A stretch of DNA of 64,000 nucleotides from sequence record PQ631072.1, one strand, 5' to 3'. The translations under genes were made by a program, and so were the position numbers. This stretch comes from Escherichia phage EC.P2. Below are positions 26,889 through 36,527 of the stretch, in pieces. The stretch's first letter is position 1. Each line of letters opens with the position of its first letter. The notes under the pieces were generated by a model. That model searched no databases and had not been told where the DNA came from. It saw only the letters and a list, made by a program, of their open reading frames with translations.

Positions 26889-27878
26889 TCATTCCTCCAT
26901 ACACTTAAGAATATGTGCAATGACAGGTATAGTCCAACCATTACCTAACATCTTATATGCTTGTGTGTTACTACTCACTTTAAAGTAATCATCTGGAACA
27001 CCTTGTAAGCGGCAACACTCTTTAACCGTTAACTTTCTATAATGCACGCCTTCGCTCAATTTTTCAAAGGCATCCAGATATCTTCCAGGTGGAATGTAAG
27101 CTAATAGTACATCTTTCGGCACAGTCGTGAGGCAACGAGTTTTTTCACTGTCTTGAACTTCCAAGCAATGTACCAAACGATCAGTTTTAGATGTACTACG
27201 TTTGCCATTTTCATTAATTCTACGCCCATATATTGCTGCTGGATAAAAAGCCAGTTGTCTGCGACTCTTTTCAAAATACTGTTCTATATTACCACCTTTG
27301 GCATAATTTGCATCTATGCAATAAGCCTTATCTCTGTCTACGATACTATCATCTTCAATGATATCTTGCAACACTTCATTGGTAATATCCCAAGGTTTTA
27401 TTTCCCAATTGCACCAGTATAAACGTTGTCTATTCTGTGCAGTGAAATCTGCGGAGTTAATGAATACGGGATCAACACCTAAGTAACTTGTGATCACGTT
27501 TTCCCACTCCACCTTCATCTTAACGTTTTCAAGCATGAACTTAACATTAGGGTTAAACTTTTTAATATGTTCAAGAATTTCAACATATTCAAAGAACAGT
27601 TTAGATCGCGGATCTTGAAAGTTCAAACCCTTACCAGAAGAAGAGAAGCCTTGGCACGGGCTACCACCTAACAAAAGATCAATTTCTCCCCACGGGATAT
27701 CCCATTCTCTCCATTTTGTAACATCCCCTAATTGAATAATGTCTGGAAAATTGGCTTGGCTTTCAGCTATGGCAAATTTGTCCAATTCTGAGGCATAATA
27801 TTTATCTACTTCAATACCTGCACTTTTTAGTGCAAGCATTCCTCCTGACATACCATCAAAAAGACTTAAAACTTTCAT
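26889..27878 (-). CDS. DNA (cytosine-5)-methyltransferase
   Basis: Motif I FDGMSGG, motif IV GGSPCQGFS, motif VI ENV, C-terminal GNGWT. Confidence 0.85.
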   Translation of the reverse strand: MKVLSLFDGMSGGMLALKSAGIEVDKYYASELDKFAIAESQANFPDIIQLGDVTKWREWDIPWGEIDLLLGGSPCQGFSSSGKGLNFQDPRSKLFFEYVEILEHIKKFNPNVKFMLENVKMKVEWENVITSYLGVDPVFINSADFTAQNRQRLYWCNWEIKPWDITNEVLQDIIEDDSIVDRDKAYCIDANYAKGGNIEQYFEKSRRQLAFYPAAIYGRRINENGKRSTSKTDRLVHCLEVQDSEKTRCLTTVPKDVLLAYIPPGRYLDAFEKLSEGVHYRKLTVKECCRLQGVPDDYFKVSSNTQAYKMLGNGWTIPVIAHILKCMEE

Positions 27879-28291
27879 TATTGCTTCTTCTCCTTAACAC
27901 TAGCTGGTAATTCTGCCTTAAGGCAGAAGTTTAAACGGTAAGCCTCATTTTCATTTAAAAGTACAGATTCACACGATAACCAAAACAAGAGATCCTCAAT
28001 ACTAGGACTGTGGAGCCAACAGTGCAGAAGAGAATGTTGTTCTATATCAATGTAATTTAGCAACAAGCCTTGTAAGGCGTAACTAGTTCCTGTCGCTTTT
28101 GCTTTTTCAAGGATGATATTGTGTTTACTAACAACCTTCTTTCTAAGACCAAACCATTTACTAACAACAACAGTCTCTTCTTGTAGTTGTTTTCTTATTT
28201 TCTCACATTCTTTAACTACAATCTGCATCTTATCCACTGCTGATTGAAGTTGTTCTTTTGTTGGGTTTACAAAATAGTCACTATAATACAT
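27878..28291 (-). CDS. Hypothetical protein (137 aa)
   Basis: ORF with RBS gaggag. Confidence 0.5.
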   Translation of the reverse strand: MYYSDYFVNPTKEQLQSAVDKMQIVVKECEKIRKQLQEETVVVSKWFGLRKKVVSKHNIILEKAKATGTSYALQGLLLNYIDIEQHSLLHCWLHSPSIEDLLFWLSCESVLLNENEAYRLNFCLKAELPASVKEKKQ

Positions 28292-28374
28292 GCTAATCTC
28301 CTCTTCTGTTTTTGTGTAGTTTATTCGAAAAAACTGGTGTTGTCAACAAAAAAACCCGCCGAAGCGGGTTTATA

Positions 28375-28632
28375 TTATTCTACAGGAATTTCTTCACCAA
28401 GAGAAACTTCCAAACGGAATGCTTTACTTTCAATACATTCACTACCTTTTAAGAAATCGAATTGCACTATAGACTGACTTAATAGAATAGATAGAATCAC
28501 ATCGCAATCTTCACTAGGAGCTAGATGTTTGTATTCTTCCTTCAAGGTAACATCATAAAAACATAAATCCCCTACCCCTAGTTCATCCCATCCTTCCCAC
28601 GCATCTACAAAATTAAACTCTAAACCTTTCAT
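28375..28632 (-). CDS. Hypothetical protein (85 aa)
   Basis: ORF with RBS ggagg. Confidence 0.5.
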   Translation of the reverse strand: MKGLEFNFVDAWEGWDELGVGDLCFYDVTLKEEYKHLAPSEDCDVILSILLSQSIVQFDFLKGSECIESKAFRLEVSLGEEIPVE

Positions 28633-29153
28633 ACAACCTCCTCGTAATTGTTATTGTGTTTTACTGTCTCAACATACAATAAAGATTCCATCTGTAAGAC
28701 ATTACCAGAAATAATAAACCCATAAGCCATTTCAGATGTGTCTATATCGTATGCCCCATCTTCCGGTTTAGCAAAGTGTAAAACTATTTCATCTGGGTTT
28801 TCTTCATCCCATATTTTAGAAATTTTCCGAACCAGAATATTAGCTAAAATAGTTGACATTCGGGATAAAGCTGTATCCTCGTATCTTTTAAAACCTAACC
28901 AATAGAGGTTAAGAATTTCTACTTCTTCTTGTGTTAAGTTTTTGTCTAAAGTAATCAGATCTGTAGTGCACGGCGTTTTTGTTGAACCTACTGTTACAAA
29001 ACCTGGAGTGTTATGAAAAACAATCTTAACTTTATCACGTATGAAGTTTAAACCTTGTGCTTCAACTATATATTGTATTGTAGGTACAATATCGTTTGTT
29101 ACATCAATAAAGCTATCTTTAATGACGCTTATATTATTTCTGGACAAGACCAT
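28629..29153 (-). CDS. Hypothetical protein (174 aa)
   Basis: ORF with RBS gaggag. Confidence 0.55.
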   Translation of the reverse strand: MVLSRNNISVIKDSFIDVTNDIVPTIQYIVEAQGLNFIRDKVKIVFHNTPGFVTVGSTKTPCTTDLITLDKNLTQEEVEILNLYWLGFKRYEDTALSRMSTILANILVRKISKIWDEENPDEIVLHFAKPEDGAYDIDTSEMAYGFIISGNVLQMESLLYVETVKHNNNYEEVV

Positions 29154-29712
29154 TCTCCTCTAAAATAGGTTTAATAAATTCGAAAATTTGTTTTTTACTT
29201 TTACCTCGAATATTAAAACAAGGAACATTAAACTTTTTAGCCAACATCCAAGCTGTTCTCGTACCACCTAAAGGATCTCCATTTTTATCTGTATTTGCAC
29301 AAGCTAAAAGAAAACAAGATGGTTTTGGATTCTCAAGATCTCTGCCAAGAACTTGGTGGATATTCCTTTGATGTAATTTTTTAGCACCTTGAGATAATCT
29401 GTCCCAAGCCGGATGCAATTCTTTTGCATATTGCAATGTTAGAGCATAGTTCACACTATCTGGTCTGTCAAGAACAATAACCTCTCCCTCTATCTCATTA
29501 CCTTTAAACGAAGACCAAGGAATGTATATTTCTTTCTTTGTGTTGTTTCCACTATCATATACCCCGCATTCAAATGCGGAATCTGCACCTTCTGCTTTAC
29601 CAGATCGTAAAATGAACCATGTAGATAACCATTTTGCAACAGCTACCATAGTGTCCCATTCTTCGTCTGTAATATCTCTGCTACCAACACCTGTGTAGAA
29701 TAAATCGCTCAT
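29134..29712 (-). CDS. DprA/Smf-like Rossmann-fold (SLOG-superfamily) protein, putative (192 aa)
   Basis: GVGSR ... SGKAEGAD pattern resembling DprA GSR ... SGxAxGxD; start trimmed to ATG with AAGGAG RBS. Confidence 0.35.
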   Translation of the reverse strand: MSDLFYTGVGSRDITDEEWDTMVAVAKWLSTWFILRSGKAEGADSAFECGVYDSGNNTKKEIYIPWSSFKGNEIEGEVIVLDRPDSVNYALTLQYAKELHPAWDRLSQGAKKLHQRNIHQVLGRDLENPKPSCFLLACANTDKNGDPLGGTRTAWMLAKKFNVPCFNIRGKSKKQIFEFIKPILEENGLVQK

Positions 29713-29722
29713 GGTTTTCTCC

Positions 29723-30043
29723 TTAACAAGTAATATTGGGAATAATACTGGGAGTAACAATTGGAGTAATAGGGTACGTAAACCAAGGGCTTCCAATTTC
29801 CCAAGGACTATAAGGTGTACGAGGATCAAATGGAGGCGTTACTTGAGGCTTTTTCCAAATCTCCGCTAGTTGTTTCTTCCATTTATCCCTTGCTGTATCA
29901 TTATCTTCATCCAACTGTTCGTCATTATCTTTTATTTCTGATTTTGGAAATAAAAGCTCTTTGACTAACTCAACGTCTTCCGTTTCAATAGTAGTTTCTT
30001 TCGTAATATTCCCTACCGTCTCTTTAATTGTGACTTTATACAT
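29723..30043 (-). CDS. Hypothetical protein (106 aa)
   Basis: ORF with RBS ggagg. Confidence 0.5.
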   Translation of the reverse strand: MYKVTIKETVGNITKETTIETEDVELVKELLFPKSEIKDNDEQLDEDNDTARDKWKKQLAEIWKKPQVTPPFDPRTPYSPWEIGSPWFTYPITPIVTPSIIPNITC

Positions 30044-30789
30044 TAGTCCTCCTCTAAAGTAGAATAAAATTGTAACGTATTTGAATCATCAAAATATGCA
30101 AAGGTTAAATTACCATTGAAGCAAGATCCTGTATCCATATATACCCTATTACTGCTAATTACAGGTTTAGGAACATAAGAATGCCCGTGAAATACATAAT
30201 CTACTCCTGAAACTCTAGGAAGAAGAATCCCTTCAAGGGCGCAATCTATCATATCACGATCCCACATTAAAGATTCTGTGAATCGAGATACTTGTTCTTT
30301 ATTCATATTCGAACAAAATGGCAAAACTTCCGTCACTGGCAGATGTTCCAAAACTGAAGGATATCCACCGTGAATAAAGCCTAGTTTCATATTACGATAG
30401 TTGACAACAAGTACAACAGGTAAATCTTCTAGCATCAAAGCAAGAGCAGTTGCACCTTCTTCTCCACACTCATTTAGAACTGTATGACCTCCGTTCTGAA
30501 ACCAACATTCGTAATATCGTCTATCACCTTCTAGCAACCCTTTAATCATCATATCTTCGTGATTTCCACGAATAGCATAGCGATTTAGCTTTCTGGTGAA
30601 TTCAACGGTACAACGAAAATTCTGCTTGCCGCGATCTGTAAGATCTCCTAAAGATACAACAACATCTTGATCTCGGATACCTAAAGTATTAACACCTTTC
30701 TGGTATAAATCAAAGCAACCATGTAAATCACCAATAATAAACAGGTCTTGATCATCTTTTACACTAATTTCTTGATATACTAGCATCAA
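30043..30789 (-). CDS. Ser/Thr protein phosphatase (calcineurin-like metallophosphoesterase)
   Basis: GDLHG, GDLTDRG and GNHE motifs. Confidence 0.8.
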   Translation of the reverse strand: MMLVYQEISVKDDQDLFIIGDLHGCFDLYQKGVNTLGIRDQDVVVSLGDLTDRGKQNFRCTVEFTRKLNRYAIRGNHEDMMIKGLLEGDRRYYECWFQNGGHTVLNECGEEGATALALMLEDLPVVLVVNYRNMKLGFIHGGYPSVLEHLPVTEVLPFCSNMNKEQVSRFTESLMWDRDMIDCALEGILLPRVSGVDYVFHGHSYVPKPVISSNRVYMDTGSCFNGNLTFAYFDDSNTLQFYSTLEED

Positions 30790-31112
30790 CTCTCCTCAAA
30801 ATCCATAAGTATAAAGATATTAACTTTACCTTCTATATTATGTTCTACAACAAGATCTGCAAATTCTTTGTAGGCTTTTTCTTCTATTTGTTCAATGTGA
30901 GACGCTACATCTTTGTATATAGCGTCACCATCTACTTTAACAAGGAGGAATAGAGATCTTACCTCAATCTCTTTATTTTTTCGGGGTAGAAAATCGACGG
31001 CTTCTTGTATACGCCAGCCGAGATACCCTGGAGTCCTTTGAATATCCTCCAAATGACTTTCTAAGATTTCCCTTCCTTTGTCTATTAAAGCCTGTTCTGT
31101 CGTTATTTTCAT
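30786..31112 (-). CDS. Hypothetical protein (108 aa)
   Basis: ORF. Confidence 0.5.
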   Translation of the reverse strand: MKITTEQALIDKGREILESHLEDIQRTPGYLGWRIQEAVDFLPRKNKEIEVRSLFLLVKVDGDAIYKDVASHIEQIEEKAYKEFADLVVEHNIEGKVNIFILMDFEES

Positions 31113-31122
31113 CCCCTTCTCC

Positions 31123-31695
31123 TTAATGTGTTAATGAAACTGCGTAACTAAACACAGGTTCAGATATTACATCGGCTACAGTAATAAAAACGTCCTCATC
31201 TTGCGTTGTTTCTACACGACATACAGTTACACCATTTACTACAAATTCAACGCAATGTGGAATATCTTCACAAACGAATGTAGTGTAAGTAACACCCAAA
31301 GCATCATACAAAGATTTAACAGTATTTGCAAGTGCCGCAGTTTCTTCTTTTTCTGAGACAATGAATGCTGTAACAACAAGATTGTTTGCATAGTTTAGAC
31401 TGTCCTCTATAGCCAATGATTTACAAGGTAGTAATGCAAAATATTTACCTGGTTTAATCAGACCTGCTTCCCATTGATTCAAAATTGCTTGGGATGGTTT
31501 AGTAATGTAAAACAGATTTTCGCTTGGGTTATCAATATTACTTCTGGCAATACAACGTGAAGGATTATTAATATCAAACACATGATCAAAATCTACACAA
31601 ACTGGTAAACTGAAAGGTGTGAATTTTTTACCTAATAATCCTACTGCTGACAATATGTTTGCTGTGCTTATCTTCCCGTTAAAAGCTAAACGCAT
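31123..31695 (-). CDS. Hypothetical protein (190 aa)
   Basis: ORF. Confidence 0.55.
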   Translation of the reverse strand: MRLAFNGKISTANILSAVGLLGKKFTPFSLPVCVDFDHVFDINNPSRCIARSNIDNPSENLFYITKPSQAILNQWEAGLIKPGKYFALLPCKSLAIEDSLNYANNLVVTAFIVSEKEETAALANTVKSLYDALGVTYTTFVCEDIPHCVEFVVNGVTVCRVETTQDEDVFITVADVISEPVFSYAVSLTH

Positions 31696-31706
31696 ATTTA
31701 ACTCCT

Positions 31707-31910
31707 TTAACTAGCAACCGTAACTTCCGAACTTTCTTCTTTCGTACTGTCTACGATATGCCTGGTGGCAATATACGAGACTTGCCAGTTACCATCTGGT
31801 GTAGTCTCAATAAGTACCCTATCTACTTCGAGAAAATGCAAAAATTCAACCATCGCTCGCTTCGATAGGAATTGTTTTTTAACAGTCTCCTCAAAAGATT
31901 GAACTGCCAT
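31707..31910 (-). CDS. Hypothetical protein (67 aa)
   Basis: ORF. Confidence 0.4.
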   Translation of the reverse strand: MAVQSFEETVKKQFLSKRAMVEFLHFLEVDRVLIETTPDGNWQVSYIATRHIVDSTKEESSEVTVAS

Positions 31911-31919
31911 GTTTCCTCC

Positions 31920-32582
31920 TTATTTAATATTCAATTTTGCACAAAGACGTTGTACCGCTTTGGCATCGAACAAACTCCCACGAATAGTTCTCTTTCCTGA
32001 TTCATTCAGATGCTTTGCAATAGTCATATATGGCGTTTTACAAGCTCTGTATGCAACTAAAGAATCTTTTAAAGAAAGTGCAAACTCTTTTGAGCGTTTT
32101 GCTTCTTCCGTTTTCGTATAATCTGTTCTTTTGTATTTAGGGTTTGCTGCACCAAGAAGCGTTCCCTTCGCTTTTGCTACCTTAAGGCTCTTCTTAACAC
32201 GATCAGATATTGCACGAGCCTCTTCTTCTGCCAGAACTGCTAAAATATTTATTATCATATTTTCAGCGGAGGGCATAGTTGCTATCCGCACATTAATCAT
32301 CTCTAACAAGGTTGCAACAGAAGCTGTGTTACGTCCAAGACGGTCAACCTTAGCAACAACAAGTGTAGCACCTGTTTCTTTGCAAAGATTAACAGCTTTT
32401 ACAAGCTCTCTACGTTGCTTCCAATCGCCTTTACCAGAATAAAACTCTGCAAAGCTACCTACAATAGTATAATTTTCTTGTGAATCCAAGAAGCGTTGGA
32501 TATCTGCTTCCTGTGATTCTATACCATACTGGTTGCCTTGTTGTTTCTTCTTAGAAAGTCGATGATACAGTACAAACTTCAT
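31920..32582 (-). CDS. Serine recombinase (resolvase/invertase family)
   Basis: N-terminal YHRLSKKKQ (catalytic Ser), LVVAKVDRLGRN motif, C-terminal HTH-like segment. Confidence 0.7.
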   Translation of the reverse strand: MKFVLYHRLSKKKQQGNQYGIESQEADIQRFLDSQENYTIVGSFAEFYSGKGDWKQRRELVKAVNLCKETGATLVVAKVDRLGRNTASVATLLEMINVRIATMPSAENMIINILAVLAEEEARAISDRVKKSLKVAKAKGTLLGAANPKYKRTDYTKTEEAKRSKEFALSLKDSLVAYRACKTPYMTIAKHLNESGKRTIRGSLFDAKAVQRLCAKLNIK

Positions 32583-32639
32583 AATACCCTCCTGTTCTGT
32601 TGCAGGAAGTATGCACTACCTTAATGTTAAAGTCAACAG

Positions 32640-32843
32640 TTAAGTAGTGGTAATATCATCTTCTTGAATATCAGGGTCAACTTCTGCAAAGATAGCCTCT
32701 ACAGGAATTTCTTCACCTGCTATTCTAGAAAGAAGCACTGAACCAATAGCTTTTGCGTGTTCTTCGGATTCCGCATAAACATTAGTTCCTGTGTCTTTTT
32801 TCTTAGTTTCGTTAAAATATACCAGATAGTAATTGTATGCCAT
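32640..32843 (-). CDS. Hypothetical protein (67 aa)
   Basis: ORF. Confidence 0.4.
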   Translation of the reverse strand: MAYNYYLVYFNETKKKDTGTNVYAESEEHAKAIGSVLLSRIAGEEIPVEAIFAEVDPDIQEDDITTT

Positions 32844-33094
32844 TATTCATCCCAATCGTTGTTGCGAGCACTTTCAAGAACCTTGACAACTTCTGCGTAC
32901 TCTACAGCTAAACCAGCACACACTTCAGCTTGTTTTGCAATTGCTTGCTTAAAGAACATAGCGATTGCAACACTCTGTGTTGTGTGAATGTTATCTGCTT
33001 TAGTTGATACATGAAGATCAAAATCTTCTTCATCAAAGGTGAGTTCCATAGTAACAATAAATTTCTCGGTCATAAAAATGCTCCTCTTAAACAA
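32843..33094 (-). CDS. Hypothetical protein (83 aa)
   Basis: ORF. Confidence 0.45.
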   Translation of the reverse strand: MFKRSIFMTEKFIVTMELTFDEEDFDLHVSTKADNIHTTQSVAIAMFFKQAIAKQAEVCAGLAVEYAEVVKVLESARNNDWDE

Positions 33095-33596
33095 AATAGA
33101 AAGGTTGAGTTAAACCCAGCCTGTTTTTTGGGTCGTAGACGTACCAAGCATATGCTGTCTTGTCAGTACCACCTGCAACAAAAGATGGTCGTTCAGAAAG
33201 AACAATCAAATTTGTTGGTGGGTTCTGTTTATGGAATTCCCTTCGTTTAATAGACTCTAGGAACCCAAGACGCAACAAGTATATGCAAACGTCTGCTTCT
33301 TTTAAGCTCTTTTGCAAGAACTCAAGTGCAAGTCTGAATGGTGGATTTGTGATTATAATATCCGGCTTAGTATGCCATTCGTGGTTAAAATAATCCTTCC
33401 CTTCTTCTAACTCGCAATATTCTGATCCTTCTGGAAAATGTTGATAAATTGCAGCAGCAGCGCCTTTACACGGTTCTGCAAAAATAAAACCTTCTTCTTT
33501 AAGGTTATTAAAATCTATTACACTAAACAATGCATTTATACATTTTTGTGGAGTAGGATAGTAATCAGTTGGTGGACGATCATACTTATTTGCCAC
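33087..33596 (-). CDS. Phage-type DNA N6-adenine methyltransferase, putative (169 aa)
   Basis: NPPF catalytic motif, EPCKGAAA AdoMet-like motif; size typical of small phage Dam proteins. Confidence 0.6.
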   Translation of the reverse strand: MANKYDRPPTDYYPTPQKCINALFSVIDFNNLKEEGFIFAEPCKGAAAAIYQHFPEGSEYCELEEGKDYFNHEWHTKPDIIITNPPFRLALEFLQKSLKEADVCIYLLRLGFLESIKRREFHKQNPPTNLIVLSERPSFVAGGTDKTAYAWYVYDPKNRLGLTQPFYFV

Positions 33597-34014
33597 TACT
33601 TAAAATCTCCTCTTTTGTGATTTCAGGGTTTTCTTCAAAAACCATAATATCTCTTAAGAACGTTAATTCTTCCATAGATACTGGTATTGTATCTTCTTCT
33701 GTTTTTCGTTTACATAAGTCGTCAAGAAAGTTTTTAACGCTTTCTGACACATCGTAAAATTTCAACAGTTGATAATCACAGGAGGAGATCCTATCTAGTT
33801 CTAACATTCTTTCTAAGATATTTTCTGTGTTGCCGTACAACACACGAACTTCTCCGAAAGGGTTGACTAAATATTGTGAAGTTCTGAACCATCCCTTTTT
33901 AGATACAGTGTAACGCTGTTCTGCTAAACTTTCAATAAAATTTTTAGCTCTTTTACAGTTTTGTTCTAAAGAGTAATAGGCTTTTTCTACAAAGATTACA
34001 GGTACTGGTAACAT
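33586..34014 (-). CDS. Hypothetical protein (142 aa)
   Basis: ORF. Confidence 0.5.
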   Translation of the reverse strand: MLPVPVIFVEKAYYSLEQNCKRAKNFIESLAEQRYTVSKKGWFRTSQYLVNPFGEVRVLYGNTENILERMLELDRISSCDYQLLKFYDVSESVKNFLDDLCKRKTEEDTIPVSMEELTFLRDIMVFEENPEITKEEILSSGK

Positions 34015-34054
34015 ATCTCCTCCTAATAACCCCCGTGAGGGGGTTTATGTTAGA

Positions 34055-34708
34055 TTAATTATCAGAGGACACTTTATCAAGTTTTTCAGAGACTGTCAAT
34101 ACTTTTTCTTGTGATTCTTTCATTTCTGCTAAAATACTTTCAGCTTCATCACTATCAGGATCACCAGTCAACAGCATACTAATTAGTTGCTCCTTGCTGA
34201 AGTTCAGAATATCTTCCGCTGTTAGCTCCAGTTGTTCTTCGATCTCTTCAACAAAAGTTTCACCGCCTGAAAAAGCATCTCGTAGTTTTGCAACTTCCAT
34301 CGCTTCTTCTGGGGTTGCCCCAGCGTCTAAAGCTGCTAAAGCAAAATCTGCCCCACTACCAACAGCATAGTAATCTTCAGTTAAAGGATATGCTCGCGTT
34401 GGATTATTACCCTCGTGCATATAAATTTTACCGTCTGGGTGAACAACCAATGCCACAAACTCTTCATCTTCTTTATCAGGATCTGATTGGATCACCAAAC
34501 CTGGGATTGTCTCTTGTGCTGCCTGGCACTGTAAGTTTTGTTCAAACCAAGAAAAGAAAGTCAGGATAGAAGACAGACGTCCTGCACCACCAACAAGGTA
34601 ATCCCCAATTTTACGCACTTTCTTGAAATTTAAAGTGTCTACTCGATTACCTACTGTTACTTTACCGTCAGATAGAATTTTGTTATGTGTTGCAATAATT
34701 GTTGTCAT
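34055..34708 (-). CDS. HslV-like N-terminal-Thr peptidase with acidic C-terminal extension
   Basis: MTTIIA start, KKVRK ... GGAG and YAVGSGADFALAA blocks resembling E. coli HslV as recalled. Confidence 0.6.
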   Translation of the reverse strand: MTTIIATHNKILSDGKVTVGNRVDTLNFKKVRKIGDYLVGGAGRLSSILTFFSWFEQNLQCQAAQETIPGLVIQSDPDKEDEEFVALVVHPDGKIYMHEGNNPTRAYPLTEDYYAVGSGADFALAALDAGATPEEAMEVAKLRDAFSGGETFVEEIEEQLELTAEDILNFSKEQLISMLLTGDPDSDEAESILAEMKESQEKVLTVSEKLDKVSSDN

Positions 34709-35199
34709 TGTACTTCCTCCTGTAGTGTTTTAAGGACTGCTTTACCACCGCTTACATACTTACGTAGGTAATCAATAGCTCTTAGTGTTTCTTTATCCAC
34801 AAGAATTTTATTGGTTCTTGTTAGTGGATGATTTAGTAAATCACTGCAATTTCTTACTAACATAGATTTCTTGTGAAAGATACTGCTAAGAAAAAGAAGT
34901 TTAGAATCTTCTTCATCAATCAGGAGTAATTCTGAATTAGATCCGGCTACATTTATTATACACTCAAACAAGCCTTCTTGACTATCAGATAATTCCTGGT
35001 AATATTTAGTTAGCCAATCCTCTCCTTTTAACCAACTAAAAAACATCTGAACTTTTTGTAAAGTTGTCATGTTCTCTAAACGAAGAGATATTTCTTTTTC
35101 AATCTTGTCAATATAAATCTGTCTAAACTCATTCGGCTTAACTAAGCCAGCTTGATAGCATTCATCAATACCATTGCGATCAATCTCAATTAGCGTCAT
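34705..35199 (-). CDS. Hypothetical protein (164 aa)
   Basis: ORF. Confidence 0.5.
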   Translation of the reverse strand: MTLIEIDRNGIDECYQAGLVKPNEFRQIYIDKIEKEISLRLENMTTLQKVQMFFSWLKGEDWLTKYYQELSDSQEGLFECIINVAGSNSELLLIDEEDSKLLFLSSIFHKKSMLVRNCSDLLNHPLTRTNKILVDKETLRAIDYLRKYVSGGKAVLKTLQEEVQ

Positions 35200-35235
35200 T
35201 TAACCTCCATAACAGGCATCCTTGCCTTGTAATTA

Positions 35236-35988
35236 TTAATATACTTCCGTGATAAACTGAGACAAACGGGAACGTTGGTTATCAGCAGTTGTCATTTCAA
35301 CATAACCAATAAAATCTACAATAGCTTCCCTTTCTCCTTCTTCGTTAATAGGAACAACACGATCTAACAAATCACCTAACCCATTAGCTCTTCGTTTAAT
35401 TGCATATGTTTGATTAACATCGCCCATAATGACAATACGTGTATTAAGACCTGCTCGCTCAAGGAGAAGTTTTACTGTGTTTGGTGACATAAGTTGAACT
35501 TCATCAATAAGAATAATGCTGTTATCCCACGTAGCACCTAGTGCATAGTTTGGAATATTAAGTTCAATTTTGCCACTTGCAATATCGTTTTCCAATTTAT
35601 TTGCAGTCATAAACTGTTGGAAAATTCGTTTAGTTGATTCGTAGTGTGCTGCTAGTTTATCAGTCTTATCTCCAGATAAGAAACCGATTTGGTCATCACC
35701 TACTTCTGTCGGGTTTTTAAGGAAAATCAACTTTCTGAAGTCACCAGCTTTAAGCATTTGTAATGCTTTCCATAGTGCTGTTGTCGTTTTTCCTGTTCCT
35801 GCTGGGGCATTAACAATGGTTAAATCATTCCAAACCATGCTTCTTACAATAGCTTCTTGATTCCCAACAGGGGTAAATTCATCAAGACGGTAATCATCAT
35901 TTCCTACTGCTTTAGCCGCATAACGACTGGCACGTTTGTCATCATTGGCTGCTGATTGACGACGAGCCTTTGCGGTTTTATTTCCCAT
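35236..35988 (-). CDS. phoH: PhoH-like ATPase
   Basis: Walker A VNAPAGTGKTTTAL; PhoH-like organisation. Confidence 0.8.
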   Translation of the reverse strand: MGNKTAKARRQSAANDDKRASRYAAKAVGNDDYRLDEFTPVGNQEAIVRSMVWNDLTIVNAPAGTGKTTTALWKALQMLKAGDFRKLIFLKNPTEVGDDQIGFLSGDKTDKLAAHYESTKRIFQQFMTANKLENDIASGKIELNIPNYALGATWDNSIILIDEVQLMSPNTVKLLLERAGLNTRIVIMGDVNQTYAIKRRANGLGDLLDRVVPINEEGEREAIVDFIGYVEMTTADNQRSRLSQFITEVY

Positions 35989-36026
35989 GTTTGCACTCCT
36001 TATAAAAGGGGCTTTCGCCCCTTTGT

Positions 36027-36527
36027 TTAGTTATAAGCGTCTAATGTTCCAGTTTTAAGCACCTGAATTACACGCTCTGCGCGATTAGGCGTTTGGCGAT
36101 ACCATTTACTTTTACGTAAATTTATAGAGGCTTGAGTATAATATGAATTACTCACTAAAGTCAAGCTATTTTTGAAAGATTCTGCACCTTTCAATCCCAT
36201 TTGAAATACCATATTGATAATAGCCATTTTACGATTAGGACTTACTTTATCGTAAATAGGAGATAATATGGTACTTGAATGGATTTGTTGTATCGCTTTC
36301 TTTACGTCACCCTCAAAGATTTTTCTAGCTTCCGCTTCAGTAATAACCCCATTAGTTTTTCTACCTACTAAGTTATCAAGAATGCGTATAGCTTCTGATT
36401 TATCTTTAAGTTTTGTCAGAAGGTGTCCAATACCAACCGTCCAATACCCTTCGGTATCAGTATATACAGTTAGCTTTAGTCCTTCATCAAAACGTAACAT
36501 ATCAAACACATCAACTACTTTAGCCAT
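36027..36527 (-). CDS. T4-type lysozyme (GH24 muramidase, endolysin candidate)
   Basis: FDMLRFDEGLKLTVYTDTEGYWTVGIGHLL closely resembles the T4 lysozyme catalytic N-terminus. Confidence 0.85.
   Translation of the reverse strand: MAKVVDVFDMLRFDEGLKLTVYTDTEGYWTVGIGHLLTKLKDKSEAIRILDNLVGRKTNGVITEAEARKIFEGDVKKAIQQIHSSTILSPIYDKVSPNRKMAIINMVFQMGLKGAESFKNSLTLVSNSYYTQASINLRKSKWYRQTPNRAERVIQVLKTGTLDAYN

Noticed and set aside
32131-32442. 103-aa + strand ORF antisense to the serine recombinase
   Set aside because: Shadow ORF within a gene that has clear family motifs.
31920-32582. Integrase implying a temperate prophage
   Set aside because: No repressor, attachment site or lysogeny module is visible, and the surrounding content looks like a virulent phage; a single serine recombinase is insufficient evidence.
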